Source: Planctomycetota bacterium
GTDB taxonomy: Bacteria > Planctomycetota > MHYJ01 > JACQXL01
Assembly (NCBI GenBank): GCA_016235865.1
Contig: JACRIK010000018.1
Location: forward strand, 66,891-130,890
Direction: 5' to 3'
Length of the DNA: 64,000 bases
The notes below the pieces were generated by a model. The model saw only the letters and a list, made by a program, of their open reading frames with translations, had not been told where the DNA came from and did no database searches. How positions within the stretch are numbered: position 1 is the stretch's first letter; the number at the start of each line of letters is the position of its first letter. Positions 28,410 to 38,042 of this stretch are shown in pieces. Both the position numbers and the translations under genes were made by a program.

Positions 28410-29297
28410 TTAAGGGTGGAATTCCAGACTCTTGAATCCCTCGGTCTGCGATTTGATGTCGGCGATGACCTCCTGCGGATTCTGATACCTGATTTCCTTT
28501 TCCTTGGCCATCATCTTCTCGATGAAATACAGGACCTGCGGCGAGATGCCGCGGTTCTTTATCTCATCCGACTGCAGGCTGGCCAGGACCTGTTTGGCCA
28601 TCACTTCCATGTCGCCGGTGCCGGAAAAGGGGGTCTTGCCGGTAATCAGGTGGTAAAGCGTGGCGCCCAGCGAATAGATATCGCTCCGGATATCGGCCGC
28701 CTGGCCCCGGGCCTGTTCCGGCGACATATAGGCAATCGTGCCCGAGGTGGTAATCGCCGTATTGGCCGGCTGGCCGGTCGGTTGGCTGATGGGTTGCGCA
28801 AATCCCAGGTCGCACAGCTTGATTACGCCCTTTTTCTTGTCCAGCAGCAGGTTATCCGGCTTGATATCCCGGTGCAGGATATTATTCTTTTGCAGGTAGT
28901 CCAGGGCATTGGCCGCCTGCATAATGATCAGCAGCGCCAGTTCATCATTAATGCCGACCACGGTGCCGGCCTTTTCCTGGGTTTCGTCTATCAGTTTCTG
29001 GACCGAGTCGCCGGCCACATACTCCATGACCAGATAATGCAGTCCGTTAATGCCCTCAGGCGGCGTGACATAGTAGCCCCTGATGATATTGGGGTGGTTG
29101 AACTTAATCAGCAGCCGGGCTTCCCGCTGAAAACTCTTGAAGAAAGCCGGATTGGCCACGGTCTTGGGGAAAATCATCTTAATGGCCATCGTGCGGTTGG
29201 TCTTGATTTCCAGGGCCTTAAAGACAAGGCCCATTCCGCCGGCGCCTAATTTGCCCAATACCTGGTAGCCCGGAAGTGATTCTGATTTCTCGGTCAT
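28410..29297 (-). CDS. Hanks-type Ser/Thr protein kinase (soluble, 295 aa)
   Basis: GKLGAGGMGLVFKA, AIKMI, HRDIKPDNLLL, DLGFA, SGTIAYMSPE. Confidence 0.85.
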   Translation of the reverse strand: MTEKSESLPGYQVLGKLGAGGMGLVFKALEIKTNRTMAIKMIFPKTVANPAFFKSFQREARLLIKFNHPNIIRGYYVTPPEGINGLHYLVMEYVAGDSVQKLIDETQEKAGTVVGINDELALLIIMQAANALDYLQKNNILHRDIKPDNLLLDKKKGVIKLCDLGFAQPISQPTGQPANTAITTSGTIAYMSPEQARGQAADIRSDIYSLGATLYHLITGKTPFSGTGDMEVMAKQVLASLQSDEIKNRGISPQVLYFIEKMMAKEKEIRYQNPQEVIADIKSQTEGFKSLEFHP

Positions 29298-29466
29298 AAT
29301 CTGAAGAATTTCAAAGATAACAACTAGATTAAATAACCCCCTTTTATTCCCCCTTTGTTAAGGGGGACTGCGGGGGTTGTTATTCCGTTAAATCCTGTTG
29401 TTTAATTTCTCAATTATTAGGATTATATTTCTTGCCTGGGTGAATTCAATATATAATAATATAAAT

Positions 29467-31188
29467 ATGAGTGCCTTAAAGACGAAGAAACCGTTTGGCG
29501 AGATCGTCATCGAGATGAAACTGGCGACCGCGGCGCAGATTAAAGAGGCGCTGGCCGCCCAGAAGGCCCTGGCTACCGGTGCCAAGCCGGTCAAAAAGAA
29601 AACCGGCGAGATTCTGGTCGAGAAAAATATCCTTTCCGCCTCCCAGGTTACGGCCATCCTGGCCAAACAGGCCAACCTTAAATTCGTCCGGATTTCCTCC
29701 GGCACGATTACCGATGAGATAATTAAACTGGTGCCCAAGAGCCTGGCCCTGGAACACAAGATTATGCCGCTCCAGAAAAAAGGCAAGGTCCTGACCGTGG
29801 CCGCATCTTCGCCGCCGGATATGTTCGCCCTGGATAATCTCCGCTTCGCCCTGAACAGCGATATCGAAGTGGTCCTGACGGCGCAGGATGAACTGAACCA
29901 GGCCATCGCCAAATATTACGGCTCGACGATTGACGACTACGGCAACCTGGTCGGCGATATCAGCGACATCGACATCGCCCAGCGCGACGGCAAGGAAGAG
30001 GAAGCGGTTGAGGATGATGCGCCGATTATCAGGCTGGTTCACACCATTATTTCCGACTCGGTCAAGGTCCGGGCCAGCGATATTCATATCGAACCCATGG
30101 AAAAGGCGTTGCGCATCCGCTACCGGATTGACGGCGTCTGCCGCGAGATAGAATCACCGCCCAAACGGCTCCAGGGACCGGTCCTTTCCCGTATCAAACT
30201 TATGGCCGGGATGGACATTGCCGAAAAACGCCGGCCCCTGGACGGCCGGATTGCCACCTCTATTGACGGCAAGGATTTTGATATCCGCGTTTCGTCACTG
30301 CCTTCACAATACGGCGAGAGTATCGTCATGCGGCTGCTGGAAAAGCAATCGTTGGCCAGTTTGGATGACCTGGGATTCCACGGCGAGGACTACCGCCGAT
30401 TCAGGTCCATCATCAAAAGACCACACGGCATCTTCCTGGTTACCGGCCCGACCGGCTCAGGCAAGACCACCACCCTCTATGCGGCCATCAAGGAACTCAA
30501 CAAGCCCAATGTCAAGATTATCACAGCCGAAGACCCGGTGGAGTACGTAATGAGCGGAGTCAACCAGTGTCCGGCCAAGCGTGAAATCGGATTTACCTTT
30601 GCTTCTATCATACGAGCGATGTTAAGACAGGCGCCGCAGATTATTCTGGTCGGCGAAATCCGCGATGCCGAGACCGCCACCATAGCCACCCAGGCGGCCC
30701 TGACCGGCCACCTGGTCTTCAGCACCCTTCATACTAACGATGCGCCGTCCGCACTGACGCGTCTTTTGGATATGGGCGTAAAACCATTTCTGGTCGCGGC
30801 CTCTATCCAGGCCATTATGGCCCAACGCCTCATCAGGATACTCTGCCCCAAATGCAAACAGCCTTATACGCCGGAAGAGCCGGAACTGGCCATGCTCGGC
30901 CTGACGCAGAAAGACATCGAAGGCAAGACCATCTACAAGGCGGTCGGCTGCAAGGACTGCAAAGAGGGCTACAAAGGCCGGCGCGGCATCTTTGAACTCC
31001 TGGAAATGAGCTCCACCCTGAAAGAAATGACCTTCCGCAAGGAGCCGACCGTGAAACTCTACGAAGAAGCCAAAATCAGCGGCAAGATGACCTCGCTCAT
31101 GGAAGACGGCGTAAGAAAGATTCTGGACGGGCTGACCACACTGGAAGAGGTTGTGTCGCTGGCCAAGCGGGAGGATATCGGGTACTAA
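29467..31188 (+). CDS. pilB: Type IV pilus / T2SS assembly ATPase (PilB/GspE/MshE family) with two MshEN-like N-terminal motifs. The ORF track gives start 29398.
   Basis: Walker A GPTGSGKTTT, Asp box, Walker B ILVGEIRD, His box, tetracysteine CPKC...CKDC. N-terminal GEIVIEMKLATAAQIKEALAAQ and GEILVEKNILSASQVTAILAKQ. Confidence 0.8.
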   Translation: MSALKTKKPFGEIVIEMKLATAAQIKEALAAQKALATGAKPVKKKTGEILVEKNILSASQVTAILAKQANLKFVRISSGTITDEIIKLVPKSLALEHKIMPLQKKGKVLTVAASSPPDMFALDNLRFALNSDIEVVLTAQDELNQAIAKYYGSTIDDYGNLVGDISDIDIAQRDGKEEEAVEDDAPIIRLVHTIISDSVKVRASDIHIEPMEKALRIRYRIDGVCREIESPPKRLQGPVLSRIKLMAGMDIAEKRRPLDGRIATSIDGKDFDIRVSSLPSQYGESIVMRLLEKQSLASLDDLGFHGEDYRRFRSIIKRPHGIFLVTGPTGSGKTTTLYAAIKELNKPNVKIITAEDPVEYVMSGVNQCPAKREIGFTFASIIRAMLRQAPQIILVGEIRDAETATIATQAALTGHLVFSTLHTNDAPSALTRLLDMGVKPFLVAASIQAIMAQRLIRILCPKCKQPYTPEEPELAMLGLTQKDIEGKTIYKAVGCKDCKEGYKGRRGIFELLEMSSTLKEMTFRKEPTVKLYEEAKISGKMTSLMEDGVRKILDGLTTLEEVVSLAKREDIGY

Positions 31189-31325
31189 AAGAGGTTACAT
31201 AAGGTTACAACCGGTTACAAGGGGTTACACATTCGCTTTGCTCAGTGCAAGCAAAAGGTTACAGTAACCTCTTGTAACATCAATGTAACATCTTGTAACT
31301 TCTTGTAACATTTAGGAGGAACAGC
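31189..31325. repeat. Palindromic GTTACA-array element, copy 1 (5x ggttaca, then core gcactgagcaaagcgaatgtgtaacc in reverse, then 5x tgtaac), between pilB and pilT
   Basis: The 34-bp core is identical, in inverted orientation, to 35947-35980. Confidence 0.75.
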
Positions 31326-32423
31326 ATGGCCGTAGATTTAAATAAATTACTTGATGTAGTGGTTGACCAGGGCGCGTCGGACCTGCACCTGACGGTCGGC
31401 CTGCCCCCGATGATTCGGGTGCACAGCCACCTGAAACCGCTCAACCATCCGCCCCTGACCAATGACGATACCGTGGCCTTCATGCATTCGGTCACCTCGG
31501 AGCGCCACCAGCAGGAACTGAAAGAAAAGGGCGGCTGCGACCTGGCATTCGCCTACGGCACAAAGGCCCGGTTCCGCGTGGCCGTCTATACCCAGCGCGG
31601 CCAGACCGGCCTGGTCCTGCGCCTTATCCCGAACAAGTTGCGGACCATTGAGGAACTGGGCCTGCCCGATGTGATAAAGGAACTGATAAACCGGCCCCGG
31701 GGCCTGATACTGGTCACCGGCCCGACCGGCTGCGGCAAAAGCACCTCGCTGGCCGCCATGATAAATCACATTAATACCAACGACGACTGCCATATCATCA
31801 CCATTGAAGACCCGATTGAATATTACCACGAGCACAAGAAATCCATCATTACCCAGCGCGAAGTCCACAACGACGTCGGCTCGTTCTCCGAGGCCATCAG
31901 CAAGGCCTTGAGAATGGACCCGGACGTGATTCTGGTCGGCGAAATGCGCGACCTGGATACTATCGGCACCGCCATTACCGCCGCGGAAACCGGCCACCTG
32001 GTCTTCGGAACTCTGCACACTACCGGCGCGGCCCGGACCATCAACCGCATCGTGGATGCCTTCCCGAATATGCAGCAGGAACAGATTCGCACCCAGCTGG
32101 CGACCGCCATCATCGCCATCATCTCCCAGGTCTTGATGCCCAAGGCCGATGGCAAGGGTGTGGTTGCGGCCTATGAAATAATGATTGCCACGCCGGCCGT
32201 CCAGCACCTTATCCGGGAAAACGAACCGCACAAAATCATCTCGGCCATCCAGACCGGCACAAAACTGGGCATGGTTCTCTTAGACGATTACCTCTTCAAG
32301 CTGTTCCTCCAGAAGAAGATTACATATCAGGACATGATGGAATACTCCCAGAACCCGGCTGATTTGGCCATCAAGATACAGGAATACGCCAAGCAGCAGC
32401 AGGCCGCGTTTAAGAAGCAGTAA
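31326..32423 (+). CDS. pilT: Twitching-motility ATPase PilT
   Basis: GLILVTGPTGCGKSTS, VILVGEMRD, GHLVFGTLHT. Confidence 0.9.
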   Translation: MAVDLNKLLDVVVDQGASDLHLTVGLPPMIRVHSHLKPLNHPPLTNDDTVAFMHSVTSERHQQELKEKGGCDLAFAYGTKARFRVAVYTQRGQTGLVLRLIPNKLRTIEELGLPDVIKELINRPRGLILVTGPTGCGKSTSLAAMINHINTNDDCHIITIEDPIEYYHEHKKSIITQREVHNDVGSFSEAISKALRMDPDVILVGEMRDLDTIGTAITAAETGHLVFGTLHTTGAARTINRIVDAFPNMQQEQIRTQLATAIIAIISQVLMPKADGKGVVAAYEIMIATPAVQHLIRENEPHKIISAIQTGTKLGMVLLDDYLFKLFLQKKITYQDMMEYSQNPADLAIKIQEYAKQQQAAFKKQ

Positions 32424-32468
32424 TACTGTCTAACGGTGAATTGAACAGGTGTTACTGGGAATCAGCAT

Positions 32469-33263
32469 ATGAAGATAATAGATCTGCCGGAAAATCATCA
32501 ACAACTCTATTTTATGTGCCTGGAGGACTGGTCCGACGAAATCAAAGAGGCCGGCAATCACAAGGCCATCTGGTACGGCAAGATGAAGGACAAGGGACTG
32601 CGGGTAAAACTGGTCCTGGACGACCACGGCGCGGTCGGCGGGATGATACAATACCTGCCGGTGGAACATTCCTGGATTGAAGGCCAAGGCCTTTATTTCA
32701 TACCCTGCATCTGGGTGCACGGCTACAAGGGCAAAGGCGTGGGCAACCTGCAGAAAAAGGGCATGGGCAAGGCACTGCTTCAGGCCGCGGAAACAGATGC
32801 TAAGACGCTGGGCGCCCAGGGCATCGCGGCCTGGGGCGTTCCGCTGCCGTTCTGGATGCGCGCCTCCTGGTTCAAGAAGCAGGGCTATAAACCGGCGGAT
32901 AAACTGGGATTCCTTGGCCCGGTGCTATTATGGAAACCGTTTACTGACGATGCGCTGGCTCCCAAATGGATTCGGAGAAAGAAGATACCTGAAAATATTC
33001 CGGGTAAGGTGGCGGTGACATCATTCATCAACGGCTGGTGTCCGGCCATGAACATGGTGCACGAACGGGCCAAGAAGGCCGCAACCGGATTCGGCGACCG
33101 GGTGGCATTCCAAAAGATTGATACATCCGACCGTGATACCTTTCTGGAATGGGGCATAGCCGATGCCCTGTTTATAGACGGCAGGGAGGTGCGCACCGGC
33201 CCGCCGCCGTCCTATGACAAAATCCGCAAACTCATCGCCAAAAGGGTGAGGAAATTGACCTGA
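32469..33263 (+). CDS. GNAT-family N-acetyltransferase fused to a C-terminal thioredoxin-fold domain (single Cys)
   Basis: GKGVGNLQKKGMGKALL acetyl-CoA-binding motif. The C-terminal KVAVTSFINGWCPAM...FIDGREV has a Trx-like topology. Confidence 0.5.
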   Translation: MKIIDLPENHQQLYFMCLEDWSDEIKEAGNHKAIWYGKMKDKGLRVKLVLDDHGAVGGMIQYLPVEHSWIEGQGLYFIPCIWVHGYKGKGVGNLQKKGMGKALLQAAETDAKTLGAQGIAAWGVPLPFWMRASWFKKQGYKPADKLGFLGPVLLWKPFTDDALAPKWIRRKKIPENIPGKVAVTSFINGWCPAMNMVHERAKKAATGFGDRVAFQKIDTSDRDTFLEWGIADALFIDGREVRTGPPPSYDKIRKLIAKRVRKLT

Positions 33264-33350
33264 TAAGTTGGCATTCCTCCAGCCGGGTTGTAGAATGTCG
33301 ATAAATTGGTATGTGTTCCCGGATTAACCCGGATTAAAGAGTAAAAAATA

Positions 33351-33730
33351 GGGGGGATACCCCCATATATCCGGGGGGATATCCCCAGGGTATCTAATAG
33401 ATACCCCCTACACTACCAGTAGATACCCCCCTACCTACTACTGGATACCCCGGTACCTACTAATAGATACCCCCATACCTACTGACGGATATCCCCCTAC
33501 CTACTAATGGATACCCCCGTACCTACTGATAGATATACCCCTACCTACCAATGGATACCCCCTATAGTAGTAACGGATATACCCCTGCCTACTGACGGAT
33601 ACCCCCGGTAGTAGTAACGGATACCCCCCGACCTAGCAGTGGATACCCCCATACCTACTGATGGATATACCCCTACCTACTATGGGATACCCCCTGAGGT
33701 AGTAGTGGATACCCACCTACCTGCTACCTG
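33351..33730. repeat. Tandem array, about 22-bp unit GGATACCCCCNTACCTACTRAY, about 17 copies. Some units carry the inverted core ggtagtagta.
   Basis: Direct reading. Units are contiguous with no unique spacers. Confidence 0.85.
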
Positions 33731-33785
33731 ATTTAGAACATTTTGCGACAGACCGTATTCCTTTGCCAAGAAATACGATTTGGGC

Positions 33786-34010
33786 TAATAACTCTTGGCG
33801 CTGCTTATATACTGTGCATTTTGGTAAGTTTACAAGCGGGGATGTTTGTTTTGATGAGAAATGCCGCTTGTTTGTTAATCAGATGCCACTTCTTTTTCAA
33901 TCAAATACCGGCTCTTATATACTGTGCATTTTGGCAAGTTGACAAGCGGCGCTGGCTGTCTTGATTAGAAATGCCGTCTGTTCGTAGTAAAAATGGCGCT
34001 TCATTTGGTT
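33786..34010. repeat. Two direct copies (about 85% identical) of a roughly 75-bp segment cttatatactgtgcattttggYaagttKacaagcgg...gaaatgccg
   Basis: Direct reading. The listed ORF 33743..33964 spans the repeats and is probably spurious. Confidence 0.7.
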
Positions 34011-34146
34011 ATTTGGGTGAGTGGAAGAGGTCAGGGGGGTGGGGTATCCCCCCCTGCCTACATAAGATATTAATTTATAAGGAGTTACGGAAGAAAAAAC
34101 AGGTAAAATGGCATGTTTGGGCTATGAGATAGGGTTGGTTTTACCT

Positions 34147-34243
34147 CCCGACAAAAACTGTCGGGATAAGGGTCTCTAATTCACTAAGTTCACTCCGCTC
34201 CGGTAGGTGCTCGTGGTCACGCTGCGCTTAGTTCAAAGAGTCC

Positions 34244-34254
<11 letters not shown>
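34147..34254 (+). repeat. Structured REP-like element copy C2: hairpin cccgacAAAAActgtcggg, ATAA, a long insert, then CTAACCTAACC. It overlaps the hutU stop codon.
   Basis: Hairpin and ATAA are identical to C3. CTAAC at 34244-34248 contains the reverse-strand TAG of hutU. Confidence 0.55.
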
Positions 34255-35890
<1,636 letters not shown>

Positions 35891-36063
35891 ATAATATGAT
35901 GTTACAGGATGTTACATCGCCTTCGGGCGAGGTTACATGAGGTTGCGGTAACTTTTTGCTTGCACTGAGCAAAGCGAATGTGTAACCTCTTGTAACTTTT
36001 TGCCCCTCTGGGGTTCTCGTCCCGAGACCCCCGACGGGGTCGAGGGATAACCCCTTGTAACGG
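35891..36063. repeat. Palindromic GTTACA-array element, copy 2 (core tgcttgcactgagcaaagcgaatgtgtaacc), between hutH and hutU
   Basis: Shares the 34-bp core, in inverted orientation, with 31226-31262. A partial core (ctgagcaaagcgaatg) is also at 7783-7798. Confidence 0.75.
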
Positions 36064-37587
36064 TTATTTTAACTTTCCCACTACCTTTTCCACGGCTTCG
36101 AGTATCTCGCCGGATTTCACCAGCGCTTTCATGGCGTTGTGGTCGTCGAACAGCGGCCGGTCCACTTCCAGGTGCGCCACGTGTTTGCGGATGATTTCCC
36201 GGGCCTTGAGCGAGCCCTTGCCGGGCGTGAATTCTCTGAAATCCAGGGCCTGGGCCGCGGCCATTAATTCGATGCCGATGACGCCGTAGGCATTATCAAG
36301 AATCTGGGTGTTTTTCAGGGCGGTGTTCATGCCCATTGATACAAAATCCTCCTGGTCAGCCGCGGCCGGGATGGACATAATGGATGCCGGGGCGCTCAGG
36401 ATACGCTGCTCGACGATGAGCGAGTCGGCGGTGTATTGCGAGAGCATCAGGCCTGAATAAAATCCCGGTTCGTGGGCCAGGAAGTCGGGCAGTCCCTGGC
36501 TCAGGGCCGGGTTGGTCAGCCGGTTTAAGCGGCGCTCGGAGATGACGCAGACCATGGTGACAGCCGCGCCGGCCATATCCATGGGTAGCGCCACCGGCGA
36601 GCCCTGGAAGTTGGCGCCGGTCAGGGTCAGTTTCAGTTCCGGAACGAATATCGGGTTGTCGCCCACGCCGTTGAGTTCTATTTCGACCTGGGAGCGGGCG
36701 TAGGCAATGGCGTCGCGGGCCGCGCCGCTGACCTGCGGGGTGGAGCGCATCGAGTAGGCGTCCTGGACCTTGGTTTTCATCTTGCCGGTGGTCAGGTCCG
36801 AGCCCTCGAACATACGGCGCATGTTATCGGCCGAGTCAACCGCGCCTTTGAATCCGCGCAGTTCGTGGAGTTTGCCGGTGTAGGGTTTCATGTTGCCCAG
36901 GAGCGCCTCGATGGTCATGGCAGCGGCGATTTCAGACTGCTTGATTAGACGTTCCATGTCGAAGATGTTCAGGGCCGAGATGGCGGTCAGCAGGTTAGAG
37001 CCGTTGATGGCGGCCAGGCCGTCCCGGGCCTGCAGTCCGGGAATCGGGATGCCGGCCTTTTCCATGGCCGTCTTGCCCGGTAATATTTCGCCTTTATAAA
37101 ATGCCTTGCCTTCACCCATGAGCAGCAGAGCTGCCTGGGCCATCGGGGCCAGGTCGCCGGATGCGCCGACCGAGCCCTTGGCGCAAACGACCGGGGTGAC
37201 GCCCTTATTGAGCATGGCCACCATGGTTAGCGTAATCTCGGGACGGCAGCCGGAGTTGCCGTGGGCGTGGACGTTGATGCGCCCGGCCAGCGCCGCCCGG
37301 ACGTGTTCGATGGGCGCCGGCTCGCCGATGCCGGCCGCGTGGTTGTAAACCAGATAACGCTGGAATTCCTTGACCTGTTCGTCGTTGAGCATCTTCTCGG
37401 AGAATTCGCCGATGCCGGTGTTGGTGCCGTACATGACCTCTTTTTTGGCGAGTTTGTCTTCGAGCATGGCCCGGCAGACCTTGATACGCTCCAGGGCAAC
37501 GGGCGCCAGTTCCACTTTCTCATTGTGCCGGGCTATCTTGACCAGGTCTTCAATGGTTAAATGAGAGCCGTCTAATACAACTGCCAT
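36064..37587 (-). CDS. hutH: Histidine ammonia-lyase
   Basis: MIO-forming SVGASGDL motif and full-length HAL similarity. Confidence 0.9.
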   Translation of the reverse strand: MAVVLDGSHLTIEDLVKIARHNEKVELAPVALERIKVCRAMLEDKLAKKEVMYGTNTGIGEFSEKMLNDEQVKEFQRYLVYNHAAGIGEPAPIEHVRAALAGRINVHAHGNSGCRPEITLTMVAMLNKGVTPVVCAKGSVGASGDLAPMAQAALLLMGEGKAFYKGEILPGKTAMEKAGIPIPGLQARDGLAAINGSNLLTAISALNIFDMERLIKQSEIAAAMTIEALLGNMKPYTGKLHELRGFKGAVDSADNMRRMFEGSDLTTGKMKTKVQDAYSMRSTPQVSGAARDAIAYARSQVEIELNGVGDNPIFVPELKLTLTGANFQGSPVALPMDMAGAAVTMVCVISERRLNRLTNPALSQGLPDFLAHEPGFYSGLMLSQYTADSLIVEQRILSAPASIMSIPAAADQEDFVSMGMNTALKNTQILDNAYGVIGIELMAAAQALDFREFTPGKGSLKAREIIRKHVAHLEVDRPLFDDHNAMKALVKSGEILEAVEKVVGKLK

Positions 37588-37596
37588 CTGGTGCTC

Positions 37597-37640
37597 ACTT
37601 TCTTAGAGCCAGTTATCCCGACAGGGAGTTACTGGGTCTT
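37597..37640 (-). repeat. REP-like element copy C4 (minus orientation: ccctgtcgggATAActggctct), immediately upstream of the hutH start
   Basis: The tcgggataactggct string is shared with C1. Confidence 0.45.
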
Positions 37641-37665
37641 AGATGGCGCCACTGGCGCCATTCAT

Positions 37666-37695
37666 TATCACGGTTTACCCCCACACCAATACTTT
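37666..37695. repeat. Perfect 13-bp-stem hairpin acccccacaccaa-tact-ttggtgtgggggt. The cacaccaat/attggtgtg motif recurs at 58716-58760.
   Basis: Direct reading. Confidence 0.7.
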
Positions 37696-37894
37696 GGTGT
37701 GGGGGTTACCAAGAGGGTCGTTAATATACCTGTGATAAATAAACTAATCAAGAAAAATAGAGAGAAAATAATGGCCGGGCAGTGACAAGCGGATAAAATA
37801 AATATTTTACTTGACATTTTCGTGTAATAGGGATATATTAAATTATATTAAATATCAAAACCGAGAAGAGATACCCCGCCATGCGGCGGGGTCT

Positions 37895-37978
37895 CCCGAT
37901 GAGTAATCGGGATAAGTCGCTGTCCCTAACGGGACTCCTGTGGTCGTAACGACCAAAGGTCTAACAGCGACTAATAAG
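37895..37978 (+). repeat. Structured REP-like element copy C5: hairpin cccgatGAGTAatcggg, ATAA, stem gtcgctgt...CTAAC...agcgac, TAATAAG. It sits in the 5' leader of the OMP gene.
   Basis: Same architecture as C1 and C3 with a different but self-complementary outer stem. Flanked by GC hairpins ccccgccatgcggcgggg and gcggcgctaaggcgccgc. Confidence 0.6.
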
Positions 37979-38042
37979 AGTCTGTAACGTCGTGCGGCGC
38001 TAAGGCGCCGCCCAACTAACAGTCTCTAAGAGGAGCAAAAAG

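Noticed and set aside
28311-29249. 312-aa plus-strand ORF
   Set aside because: It is fully antisense to the well-supported Ser/Thr kinase gene. Its low-complexity composition is typical of shadow ORFs.
31347-32231. 294-aa minus-strand ORF
   Set aside because: It is antisense to pilT, which has canonical Walker/Asp/His boxes.
33351-33730. Possible CRISPR array
   Set aside because: Units are contiguous with no unique spacers, the unit is short (22 bp), and there are no cas genes or leader. It is a tandem satellite, not CRISPR.
33743-33964. 73-aa ORF in the direct-repeat region
   Set aside because: It spans both copies of the 75-bp direct repeat, has a Cys/Phe/Leu-rich low-complexity product, and has no SD.
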